Positions 1-12,236 of a DNA stretch of 64,000 nucleotides are shown in pieces (position 1 is the first letter of the stretch; every line of letters starts with the position of its first letter). The notes below the pieces were generated by a model, which made no database searches, was not told where the DNA came from, and was given only the letters and a program-made list of their open reading frames with translations. Source of the stretch: Azolla caroliniana. Its lineage: Eukaryota; Plantae; Polypodiophyta. The position numbers were made by a program, and so were the translations under genes. The stretch is from contig JBHGNT010000022.1 of assembly GCA_043228905.1 (NCBI GenBank), positions 4,464,001 to 4,528,000 on the forward strand, read 5' to 3'.

Positions 1-2115
1 TTCACGACGATCCGAGCCTTGTACCTCGGTGGATTTCTGGCGTCTCCTGGTTTCAGCTTGTATACCCACTTATTCCGGAGTGTTCTCTTTCCTTTTGACA
101 GCTCCGTCAATTCATATGTGTGGTTCTCATGCAGGGAATCCATCTCGTCCTGCATGGCACAAGTAACCACTTGCGACTGTGGGTGTTTTTCTTTGCTTTC
201 TTGAAGCTTTCCGACTCCCCCTCATCAGTAAGCAACACGTGCTCGGTATCCGGGAATCTCCGAGGGCTCTTCTCTCTCGGAGAGGATATCTCTAACCTTG
301 GTTTTTGGCAACCGGTTCCTCCGTCTGTTCCTCATCCTCATCTGATTCAGGATCTTGTCTGTAGTGTCTTCTTCTTCTTCTTTGGTCGGTTCGGTTTCTT
401 GTCCGAATTCAACCGGTTCGTCGAGTGTCATCTGGTTACCGGCTAACATTTGGTTTCCAACTGGGTAAATCCTTGTGTCCTCAAACTTTTTCTTCGTCGA
501 TTGATCTGGAGTCCATCATCTTCTTCTCCGACTCCCATTCGGCAATGGTCTTGTCTTCCATGAAGACTATGTCCCGACTCCGGAACACCTTCTTGTCAAC
601 GAGATCCCACACCCGGTACCTGAACTCATCATTGTTGTATCCAAGGAATATACATGGCTTGGACTTCGGATCTAGCTTTGCTCTAGTCCTTTGCAACATG
701 CACATATGCGAGACAGCCAAACACCTTCAGATGCCGGTAAGACACATCTTTACTAGCCCATACTTTCTACGGTGAGTCTCCTTCCAAGGGTGCTAAGGGT
801 GATCTTTTTATCACATAGGTCTTCATCATTAGTGCCTCAGCCCAAAACGTCTTAGCTAACTTGGCATGTTCATCCGTTGAGCCAGCCCGTTCAATTCCAA
901 CGTCTTCGGCATGGTGAATTCGAGCCGGATTCCCTTCGATCGGCAGTACTCCTCGAACTGCCCCTGGTATTATCCTCCATTATCTGCTCGAATCGCCTTT
1001 AGCTTCCGACCGGTTTCCCTTTCCACTCTCGCGTGTAGTTCCTTGAAGATAGATAACACCTGATCCTTCATCTTTAGCAGAGAGACCCACAACTTCCGGC
1101 TGTGGTCGTCTATGAACATCACGAAGTACTGCAATCCGGCATGTGACTTTGTGTCCACATGACACACATCGGTATGCACCAGCTCCAGTGGTGCATTCCA
1201 TCTCATCGGTGGTCTTGACCGGAAGGAGGTTCAGTTTTGCTTGTCAACCAAGCAGTCGGTGCACTTCTCAAGTTGCACGTCTTTTACCTCTGGAATGAGG
1301 TTATCTTCGGCAAGTCTTCTCATCCTCTTCTGACTCATGTGACACAACTCACCGGTAGTGTCGGATGCTACGTTCGCTTCTTCTCGGCATATCTAGGCAT
1401 GCATCAGATAGAACGTGTTGATCTTCTGGGCTCGAGCCACGATCATGCTTCCTTTGGTGAATTTCATGACTCCGTTCCGGATTCTACCTGTGTAGCCTTC
1501 ATCATCTAGCCGACCGGCTGATATCAGGTTCAACCGAACCTCCGGAACGTGTCAGACTTCTTTCAACAGCACTTTGCATGCAGTTGATGTCGTCAACAAC
1601 ACATCTCCTATGTCGACAATTTGGCATGTACCTTCATTACCCATCCAGACACAACCGTGATCTCTGGCTATGTAGGATGAGAAGCATTTTCGGTTCGGTG
1701 TCAAATGGAACGATGCTACGGAATTGACAACCCACGTTGTCACATCGCCAACAAGGGTTAGCTCATTCTCCTCAGTGATGAGCAACAGTTCTTCTTCACT
1801 TGTCATGATCGCCGACATTCCTTTCCGATCCCAGCATAGTGCCGATTTTCTCCCTGAGCACATGAGCTTTACTTTCTTAATTGAAGTTGTTATATAGGTA
1901 AATGTTGATGAAGCACCGGATGTATGTCGTTGTCTTCATGTGCATCACCTCCCATGTCGTGGCATCGATCTTGTCCGGTTTCTTGTCCCCGAACTGTACT
2001 GGCAGTTAGAGATCTTTGACCACGAGCATGTCCCTCATCGTCGACTTCCACACTAGGTAGTTGGAGTTGGTGAGCTTCAACATGCCGCCGAATGATTCTT
2101 CCATTTCCTTTGTTC
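1..2115 (-). pseudogene. Ty1/copia element A internal region (gag, protease, integrase), degenerate and partly deleted; runs off the left edge
   Basis: Fragment ORFs show copia motifs: WVVNSVASFHLTP (protease), PLELVHTDVC...FIDDHSRKLWV...IRADNGG (integrase), KLDPKSKPCIFLGY. Many stops and frameshifts. Confidence 0.9.
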
Positions 2116-2130
2116 GCTCTGATACCAGTT

Positions 2131-2691
2131 TGTACAGAAATAACGCTCAGCTACAACCGAGTCTTCAACAAGGAATAGAAGAGAACAATCTGAAATTGAG
2201 ATGACATAGGATGTTTATGTGGAAAACCCTAAATGGGAAAAAACCACAGGAGCCCATGGACTCCAACTATCACTATGAGAGGAGGAATACAAAGTGAGAC
2301 TCAGAGGCAACGACCTCGAGGTCTATGTCTTTGCCAATGGCAGTTACAAACAGAAAACTAGTTTTGTGTGTCTCTCTCTCACTCAGTCTCTGTATACAAC
2401 AACTCTATATCAACTCACAATAACCACATACTAAAGTGATTGCCCTAAGTCATATTTATACTTATATGAAATTTGGGCTATTTACAAATATAACTTCGAT
2501 GGGCTCACCATGAAACATATTTACACATATGTCCTTGGATCCGGTTTGCACCGGATCCATCCGGATTCACTCAATCCAGTTTTCGGGTTTCATCCGGAAC
2601 CCTTCCAGATCCGGTTGCTTCATCCGGCTCGTCTGATCCGGCTGCTCCAGTTCTCATCCAAATCCCATCCGGAGGGACCAAATTCCCAACA
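2131..2691 (-). repeat. 5' LTR of copia A, with PBS(tRNA-iMet) at 2116-2127
   Basis: TG...CA termini. Adjacent gctctgatacca is the reverse complement of TGGTATCAGAGC. Similar to the solo LTR at 52063/61927. Interrupts copia B gag at 2692. Confidence 0.85.
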
Positions 2692-3503
2692 CATTACCCG
2701 ACTTGCTCCTTGCTCCCATGTTGGGTAGGTGGCGTTTGTGATATCGAGTTGATTTTCGAGTGCGTCGTTGATGTAGTTCCAATACCCTTGGCCAACGAGG
2801 TATTGGTTCATCTTGTACTCCCAAGATGAATAATTGCTCCACTCTAGCTTTTCACTAGGGATTGAGCTACCCATTTCTGTGTTCATGTTGTTGTAATGTC
2901 TTCCATTTTGGCCTTTCTTCCTTCAGTCACGTGCTATGTAGCGGCACTACTGTAGCGGATTCCTAGAATTTTTCATCGGCATTTTGAACACACAATCATA
3001 AAGAGTCGGGTGGGCTTAATGGATGTGCTAAACCACATGCTTTAATACCATGCTAATAATTAGGTAGTTAACTAGGTTTAATTTGTGATTAATTTGTGAC
3101 TAGTTCAACAATGGAAGATTATGCGATATGCGTGTGAGAGAAAGAGAGAGAGGAAGATACACTTATGAACAATAATGTAAATGGGGGATGATTAACAAGA
3201 GTGTAGCTAAATACCTTTCCTCTATCTTAATTAGCATTGATATCAAAGTAAAAAATACCCACAATGAGGTATATATACATCTCATGTGCAAAGGTGTACA
3301 TGTGTGAGTAGAATATAGGTACAAACGTGTAATTCCTATATTAAATGAACATGGGAGTGGAGGATCTACAATCTATCCCACTCAAGTACAAAATCCTATT
3401 TAAGGCTTTACGGTCAATTCACTAACTAGATTCTATCTAGGTAATTACTAAGTTACATGTGTTGACTAGCTAACTAAATCTAGTTGAGCTTGATATCTCA
3501 ACA
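2692..3503 (-). mobile_element. Ty1/copia element B 5' fragment: LTR 3051-3503, degenerate PBS, gag N-terminus 2886-2692
   Basis: ORF EKLEWSNYSSWEYKMNQYLVGQGYW is homologous to the gag at 23283. TG...CA LTR. TGGTATTAAAGC abuts the LTR. Confidence 0.8.
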
Positions 3504-4557
3504 GTCCCAAATTCGGTTTCTTCCCGAAATATAGCATTTGCAAATCTCCGTATTCTGCAAGTAGATGGTCGTCTGGACTGCTTCAACCTAGTAAAACTTC
3601 AGCAGATGTTTGTCTTCAAGCATCCGTGCCATCTCCTCTATACTCTAGTTCTTCCGCTCGGCCACACCCTTGTCGCGGATATCCGCGACCATGTGTTGAA
3701 ACAGGGCCGGACCACCGGGGTCTTGGACCAAGGATCTGGTAAGGGAAGACATATTACCGTGATCGGTTTACGGATGACTTCGTCGGAGCGCGGTCCGAAC
3801 ACTTATCCGATCTAGACCAGTCTCTGGATGCCAGATGATGAGCACAAGGGCTCGGCTGGCCATACTGTTCTGGAATTGCCACCAAATAACAGACAAAAAA
3901 ATATATTCGATTAATATCTAAACAGAGAGAGAGAGAGAGAGAGTTACAATCTGGATACAGCCGGTAACAGAGCTTCGAGCTATGCACACGCGCACACACA
4001 CATAGAATGATGAGCCTAGCCTTTAGCACATGGGCTTCCTACGCGAGTAGAGGCATCACCTTCTTCCCAAATCGGTATAGAGCGAAAATAGAGAGAATGA
4101 CAGAGCTCCAGATCTCAAACCGACAACACTTCGTTCTCCAAAATGATGGATCCCCCACAACAGTTCAAAACCTCCCCTTTTATAGCACAAGCGGAGGCCG
4201 TTGCATCACGCATAAAGACAACCAATTTTTTTCCTAGACTTCCCTCGATTCTCCCACATCATATCTGTAAAAGATTACGTGTGCAAAAGTGTATACGTAA
4301 GACACTGAGTACACGGTTCGGAATTACGACAGTTCGATAAAACACAGAAATCACAGAGAAAGAGAGGGAGAGAGAGAGCAGAAATGTCACTATATTCAAA
4401 AATTCTATGTATGTTCTCTATACATATTTCGTGCTCAGTGAGCACCTTTTATTTAAGCTCCGACTATTGGGCTGACACAAGTAGTGACAGTACTTGACCG
4501 CTCATAAATGAGCCTTCTACACTAACTCCAAAAACTATTCCTTACGAGGAATAACGT

Positions 4558-5070
4558 TGTCGTGAAGATATTCGTCCATAGGCAGAAACCGGGTGGAAAG
4601 GGCAAGTCGGTGGTGTGCAACATGTGCACACGTGTACTAGGAAATGGTGTATAGAAATAAGAGGGGAAATTTTGTCCCACATTGTAAGGTCCCTCCCTCC
4701 ATGGGCTATAAAAGGAAGGGAGGGGTCACTTATGAAGGGTTGCCTATTTTGCATATGAAAGGTATACCACTTAGTGTAGAGTTCTTACCGTTTTCGGTTT
4801 AGGGTTTCGTTATTCATCTTCGGTTAGGGTTTTCTCATAGTTTTGGTGCGGTCCATGCGGCCACCATTGTTGTAATCATTCGTTCATTTTAATATATCTT
4901 GTAGTGGATCTTGCTTCCATCTATTTTGGTCTATGCTTATGTGCTACTCTTCATCTTCTCATCTGGTGTTAAGCTTCCATTTCTCATATCTTATTCTTTC
5001 TCCTCTACTCCCTAGTCCAAGACCCCCGTGGTCCCGCCCCTTCTACACGCACGCGCGTAACAACGCGACA
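4558..5070 (+). repeat. Solo LTR of the TGTCG...CGACA family inserted in the copia C 3' LTR
   Basis: TGTCGTG...CGCGACA ends, 4-bp TSD ACGT, TATAAAA at 4707. The uninterrupted sister LTR reads taacgttcta at 19251. Confidence 0.88.
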
Positions 5071-5339
5071 ACGTTCTGATGGCCTTTCGGTTTAAACACT
5101 ACCAGGACCATATTTTGTGTACGCTTTTACACACCCATTTACGCACCCAATGTTGAGCTTGTCTCTTAACACCCCCCCTCAAGCTCAACTTGAGGTTCCA
5201 TATGCTTTTCCGGATCTTCGCTCTGGCGTCTCCTAGCTTCACACCTCGCTCGCGCTCCTCGACCCGTCTGATTCTGTGCGCCTCGACCCTTTCGGTCGGC
5301 GTGTCTGCACATGTGGCCTTTCTCAGCTCCCTTGTTGTC

Positions 5340-6152
5340 CTGGCTGTGGTGCTCGCGGCGAAGATCTTCTTCAGATTTTCCCATGCACCCTTCGGTGATT
5401 TTACATCCCGAAAATAGCTTAATAGTTGTTCGCCCACACAAGATGCGAAACAGTATAGCACTCTGCTCGCCGATTGTTCCCACGCCGGGAAGTCTTTATG
5501 TGTCGAATCGGGTGTTGTCTCATTTGCTCCATCGACATAGCTCTAGTAACCTTGTCCGAGCAGTTACTGGTGCATCTTGTAGGACCAAAATGCGTAGTTG
5601 GTTCTGTCGAGCTTCTTCGTCGGAAGCGAGCTAGCCATTCCTCTGTCCATCGATTTTCTTGTTCTTCTTCGTTGGTTTTTCCTTCAAGCAAAGTTGACTG
5701 CAGAGGTTCTCAACCCTCGCACTCTGATGCCATGAAAAGAATGGCATGCGGAAGCAATATAGTAAACCGAACAACTGAAAACGCAGGTTTAATGGAAAGC
5801 TTAGGTTTGCATAGTACACACGGGAGAGACACAGAGAGAGAGTAAAACACCAGAACTTAATTCAAAAAAATACTCAATCTGTATATCGTGTGTGTTCAAT
5901 GAACACTTTTATACAAGTCCCTTTCGGACTGACAGAAGTACTGACAGTACTTCAATGCTCATTGAGGAGCCCCTACACTAACTCCCAAATATATTCCTTG
6001 CGGAATATCTTTCCAATGGCCTCCCGGTTTCCGCACCGATCCGGCCTTCCTACGCACCGGTCTGCGTACCAGTTTCCAACCGATCGGTCCCAACCGATCC
6101 AGTCCTCGGCTTGCTCAGCCGATCTGTCCGATGTTGAGCTTGTCTCTCAACA
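5340..6152 (-). mobile_element. Ty1/copia element D 5' fragment (LTR 5733-6152, PBS 5722-5732, gag start), fused by deletion to the copia C 3' tail
   Basis: LTR resembles 22824-23210. gag (KGAWENLKKIFAASTT) switches at about 5340 into the tail ending VELEGGC. Inserted in the Gypsy-1 5' LTR. Confidence 0.8.
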
Positions 6153-6326
6153 GTAACCAATTAGGGTTTCATTAATAGTCAGTCTAACTTTATCTCACCC
6201 CAACACCCCTTTGGTCAAATGTCTCAAAGGGACACCCTGTGTTAGGCCATTGTCCGGCCCTAGCGAGAACACAGTTTTTGGCGACCACGATTCTTGCACA
6301 AACGTAGTGAACAACGACGGGCATGG

Positions 6327-9300
6327 ATGACTAGACCAACAAACGACCCGGAAACGGAGCGAGCAAGAAGACTTGCTGAAGGATTGCAAAAGTGAGAAGC
6401 TTTCCAGCAGGCGGCAGAAGAGATCCGTGTGGATCGGTCATTTTCCAAAGTAATCCGGCGAGTGGCCGCGGAATCACTCCGCGGGCAGCAGAATTCCCAA
6501 CCGGATGAAGGAAGCAGCTTGAGCAGTCTCCGGGACACGGAATCCATTATGCAGGTCCTAGCGACAGGGGGAGGAGATTCAAGACAATTCTCGGCCTTCG
6601 AATCAGATTCGGACGGCAAATGCAGCGCCCATTCGAATTACCGTAGTAGCCACGACACCCCAAATGGACCGGAGGACGAGTAGTCGGATACCTTGTCGAC
6701 ACCAGAACCAAAGTTAATGGAACTGGAAGCCCCAGACTGGCAAGTGGCGGATCAACTTCCGACACCGCCATGTGAGACACCGAAAGAAGAGGAGGAAAGA
6801 CCTCTGACACCACCAGCCCGTGTTCTGACACCGGACGGCGACATGTCATTCCAATATCCCAAGTGTCGGGATGATCCGGACGCGGAAGCTCATGTCTATG
6901 CATTTCTACAAACATGGGAAGCAAACCATGTGTCGCAACGCTTCACCGCCGCCGAAGCAGAACGCTCGAAGATTGCAGAGTTCGGCATGACATTGGAAGG
7001 ACCAGTCGCGCGATGGTGATTGATGCACCCTCCCGGCACCATCGCCATGTTTGAGGACTTAAAAATCAGATTTTTACAGTTCTTCAACAAGGAGGTGGAT
7101 CAACGGGAGATGGTCAGCCTATTCTACACCATGCGGAAGGAACCTACGGAAACCATTCAACAATTTGTAATCCGGTTCCAGCTAATGTACAACCAGCTAA
7201 ATCGGGCACCACCGGAAGCTAAGGCTAAAGCAATATTCCTAGCAACACTCTGGGAACCCCTGCGTACAGTGTGCACAGTGATCTATTTCCGCACCAACAC
7301 GATCGACCAAGTCATAGAACGGGTCAGGGAGATGGAGAAAACAAACTCATGGCTAACAATGGGGGCATTTCAACGTACATTACCGACAGAAGACTACCTA
7401 CGTTTTTGACAAGCTATACAATGTACGACTTGTCTCAATGTTGGGCACTCGGCAATAGAATGTACCATGCGGACAAAGTGCATGTTATGCCATTCCAGGG
7501 CACACACAATGGACCGATGCGAATATAACTTGCTGAACCGGCAAGCGGCATCGGTAAGGCAAATCGAACACCGGAATAATTGGGAGGAGGAAGAAGAACG
7601 TTGGTGGTGAGATGAGCATTACCGGCCAGCGCAAGATATCCGGAACAGTGACAGAAAGGACGCTCACGACCGAGACCGGCAGGATAGCTACCAGGATTAC
7701 AATGGTGAACGATATGAGCGATACAACCGGGATCACTCTCCCGGTTACAACCAACGGAGGGAGGATCGGGGCAATTAAGAAAATCGTTCCCGATAGGGTT
7801 ACCGGAACAAAAAATGCTTCAATAAAAAATGGAACGCTAGAAAGGAGGACCGCCAGTGGCAGCTGGACAAGGGCACACCAAGTACCCAACCGGATAAAGG
7901 ACAAGCACCCAACCGACCACCAATAGGACCTCAACCGGGTACCGGAGCGAACACCCAATCCAGCAACACTCGGAAAGCGTACTACTACTATTGTCAGCAA
8001 GAAGGACATTACAGTAATCAATGTACGGTTAAAAGCTACGAGAAAAGACCAGTTGTAAATATGGTGATAGCAGAAGTCACTGACATACAACAAGTCACCA
8101 CTAGGGTTAAAGGCAAAACAACGGAGTGGGAAATACAGGAGGCAATCCGAAAGCAAGCCACCGAGTGGGTGAAGAAAGCAAATGAGCAGAATGTGGCTGA
8201 GCTTGAACAAAAGGAGAAACTGGAAGAGGCCACCGACACGATTCAGCCGGAAAACCCAACATGGCAAGCGTTACAAGAATGTCATATTACGCTGCCATTG
8301 GGTCGGTTATTACAGTTAGTGCCCCGGTTTACGGAAGGGCTGAAAAATCAGGAATGACCACATCAATTCCATTGCCGACTCCTGCGTTCTTCTCAAATCT
8401 GGAAGAAGGGCCAGCTATGGTGGACACGAACAGTCCGGCAATCACCGCCATTGTCAAAGGACAAGAACTACCAGGGACGATTTTGGACGGAGGATCGGGC
8501 GTGAACGTGATTAGTCTACGGACTTGTAATACCCTGGGAATCCGGGAATGGGAGCCTTGCCCGTTTTGGCTCGGGATGGCAGATACAAGTTCGGTAAGAC
8601 CTACCAGTTTGATACGGGATTTAGATGTAACTATTGAAGGACACGCATTTCGCATCTCGGCGGTGGTTCTCCAGCTCAATGCGCAAGGGGCTTACCCACT
8701 GTTGTTGGGCCGTCCATGGCAAATGGCGCATATCAAACAAAACTGGTGGAAAAACATGATCACCTTTCGGCGAGGAAAGGCTAAAGTAAGGGTACCTACC
8801 CACTCTCGATCGAGTACCAACAAGGAGCTTACACCGCTATATGTGAAAGGTGTAAACATGCTCGAGGGGCTTGCTGACGAAGAGGTCGACCAATACTTAG
8901 AAGACAACCCAAAAATTGTACCCCTATTCGAAATTAATGTGGCAGAAGCAGTGTCACCATATATAACGCAATCGGATGATGCAGGTGAGGAACCAGATAG
9001 GGAAGCTATCAGGAGAATTATGGCAAGCACAGGAAGCTCTGGAGCGGGAGATGGCGGTATCCCAACGCGTGAAAGCATCCCAATTAGAGGAAGTGAACTT
9101 AGGAACCGGGGACGACGCAAGACCGGTTCATATTGGTAAGGAAATGTCATCGGACAACAAAACGACGATGATCGCTTTATTAAAGGAATTCCGGGACGTA
9201 TTCGCCTGGTCCTATGCAGACATGTGGGGGCTGGATCCTCAGTTGTACCAACACCAGATACACCTCAATAAGGATGCCAAACCGGTAGCACAACGACATT

Positions 9301-12057
9301 ACCGGATGAACCCTAACTATGCAGAAAAGGTTAAAGAGGAAATTGACAAGTTGCTTCGGGTCGGTTTTATCCGACTAGTGAAAAAAGCTACATGGTTAAG
9401 TCCCATAGTCGTCGAGCCAAAAGAATGGTAAGATCCAGGTGTGCGTCGATTACCGGAAACTCAATGCGGCAACAGTGACCGACACCTTTCCACTTCCATT
9501 TACGGATGGAGTGCTGGACGCGGTAGCCGATCATGAAGTGTGTAGCTTCCTAGACGGTTTCAGCGGCTACAATCAAATAAGGATGCACCCTGACGACCAA
9601 GACAAGACGACGTTCTTCACCGAATGGGGAGTTTTCGTCGCAGTGGTAATGATGTTCGGGCTCAAGACCGTGCCGACAACCTTCCAATGAATAATCATGG
9701 AAATATTTGGCGAGTTCATTCCGGCATTCATGCAGGTATTTCTGGATGACTTCACCATGTATAGTCGAGAAGGAGAGCATCTCCAACACCTCCAGCTGTG
9801 TCTTGAGAAATCCAGGAGTTATTGGTTAAGCCTAAATCCAGCAAAGTGTGTGTTCGGAGTAACAAGCGGTGCATTGCTGGGCCATCTTGTCAACAAGGAC
9901 GGGATCGCGGTAGACCCCGATAAGGTCAAAGCAATCTTAGAGGCACCAACGCCATCCACGACCAAAGCTTTGAGTCGGTTTCTAAGGCAAATCCGATGGC
10001 ATAGCCGGATGCTCCGGTATTTGGCCGATCTTGCTACACCATTGCATGTTGCGGTTCACCAGACACCGTTTCAATGGACAAATACGGAGGATGAGGCTTA
10101 CCGGGCACTGAAAGTACTACTATCACAAGCACCGGTGGTGCAACCACCGGACTGTTCAAAAGAATTCCACATGTTCGTTGATGCGTCTGACATAGCAATT
10201 AGCAGCGCACTAATGCAACTGACCAAACCGAAATGGTACCGACCGGTTTATTATGCTAGCCGGAAGCTATCCCAGGCCGAACGAAATTATTCAACAACGG
10301 AAAGAGAAGCCTTAGGGATGATTTAGAATGTTACAAAGTTCTGGCACTATTTATTGGGAAGGAAATTTTCATTTCATGTCGACCACTCAACGCTATTATA
10401 TTTGGTCTCAAAGGCATCGCTCACCGACAAGTTGGCTCGATGGACATTGTTGCTACAAGAGTTTGAGTTCGAAATATATCATCGTCCAGGAATACAGCAT
10501 GCGGTTGCCGATTATCTGAGCTGGTTAGATTCCGGTGAGACTGGTGATGGAGTCCCGGATGAGTTTCCAGATGCCGAGTTGTTTAAAGTAACAACAGAAA
10601 CGACAACCGATAGCACGGTAGTCGACGAAGAAAAATGGCTAACCAACATGCATCAATTCCTAAGCACGGAACTCGCACTAGAGGAGATGAACCGGGATGA
10701 GCGGAAGCGGTTAGCGGTACAAAGCCGACATTTTTGTCTACTACAGGACACCCTGTACCACAAAGGTGCGGATGGCATATGGCTGCGAGCAGTGTGAAGC
10801 GACGAAAAGGACACAATATTACGAGAAGCGCATTGTGGCATTGCTGGAGGGCACTATGCCGGGGACACTACAGCAAGAAAGATATGGCACAATGGGCTAT
10901 GGTGGCCGACGACACTAAAGGACTCGGTCCGGTACGCAAAATTCTGTGATTTATGTCAACGGATAGGCCAACCAACAGAACAGGCAAGGATGCCTCACCA
11001 TCCGGTGCTACCGTTAGAGCCATTTCAAAAATGGGGGCTCGACTTCGTTGGGCCGTTTAAACCTCTGGCAATGAGAACCGGCAACAGATATGTTATAGTC
11101 ACCACAGATTATTGCACCAAGTGGGTAGAAGCTAAGGCGTTGCAGGATAACACTGCGGCATCAACGACAAAGTTCTTATATGAGTACATCTAGTGCCGAT
11201 ATGGATGTCCGATCGAGTTAATTAGCGACCAAGGCGGACATTTTCTCAGTCAATTTGTGGAAAGCTTAATAACATTCTATGTCGTGGTACACAAGCACAG
11301 TACCCCTTATTATCCACAGGCCAAATGACTGGCCGAATCCATGAATAAAACACTCCAAAACATCCTGCGAAAGATCGTCAATGAAAACCGGACCGATTGG
11401 GACACCAAGCTGCATAGTGCATTATGGGCATACCGGACAGAATACAAAACGAGTACCCGGTCAACACCATTCCGGTTAGCATTTGGGCTGAAGGCAGTAA
11501 TGTCGATCGAATTTCAGGTTCCGAGTTTGTGGATACAAGTTAGAGAACGGCTAACTGAAAAGGAATCGGAAAATATCTAGTTAGCCGCATTATGCGAACT
11601 CGAGGAGCATCGGATAGCAAGTCTCATGTAGTTGGAACTGGAGCAGCGACGAAGGAAGGCATTTGTCGATCGACACCGGAAGGGCAATGAGAAGATGTTC
11701 GGGATTGGCTGGCCGGTACTCGTGTTCCAGACCCGGATGGGTCAGATGCCGGGAAAGCTATAGTTCCGGTGGACCGGACCGTATTGGATAACGTGGGAAT
11801 TCAATAGTTCATACCAACTCGGAACGCTCGCCGGTAAGATCATGGGCAAATGGGTCAATGGGTTTCGACTCAAACCATATTGTGGACCTATGCCATAGAA
11901 TCCGTTCGAGCAGACGGAGGTTGATACAACAGTAGGAATCAGGAAAAAAGTACCTGACAGTCAGGCAGAACCGGTGTTACCGGATAATGACAAACAGGTG
12001 GCCGGAAAACGTGAATATGGGGAAATACCGGGATATGGACCCGGTGCTTCCGGTTAA
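6327..12057 (+). pseudogene. gag-pol of Gypsy-1 (gag, PR, RT, RNase H, integrase), disrupted
   Basis: ILDGGSGVNVI, CVDYRKLN, FLDD, FVDASD and [10 protein letters not shown] motifs spread across stops and frameshifts. End coordinate approximate. Confidence 0.92.
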
Positions 12058-12236
12058 CTAAAACTCAATTTGAAAAAAGAAAAAAAAGAAAAAAAAGAAA
12101 AAGAAAAAAGAAAAGTCATCATGCAGAGGCGAGGAATGAACAGGCACTTTGAAAAGGTGTGGTGGGTGGCTAATTAAAACCCTTTAAAAAAGGCGCACCA
12201 TGTGTCAATCGACTACTATATTAGTATAGGACGGGC

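Noticed and set aside
3822-4261. Apparent separate LTR (TGATG...CATCA) with a PBS-like TGGCATCCAGAG
   Set aside because: There is no TSD, and its end overlaps the copia C TSD. It is better explained as part of the element F 3' LTR.
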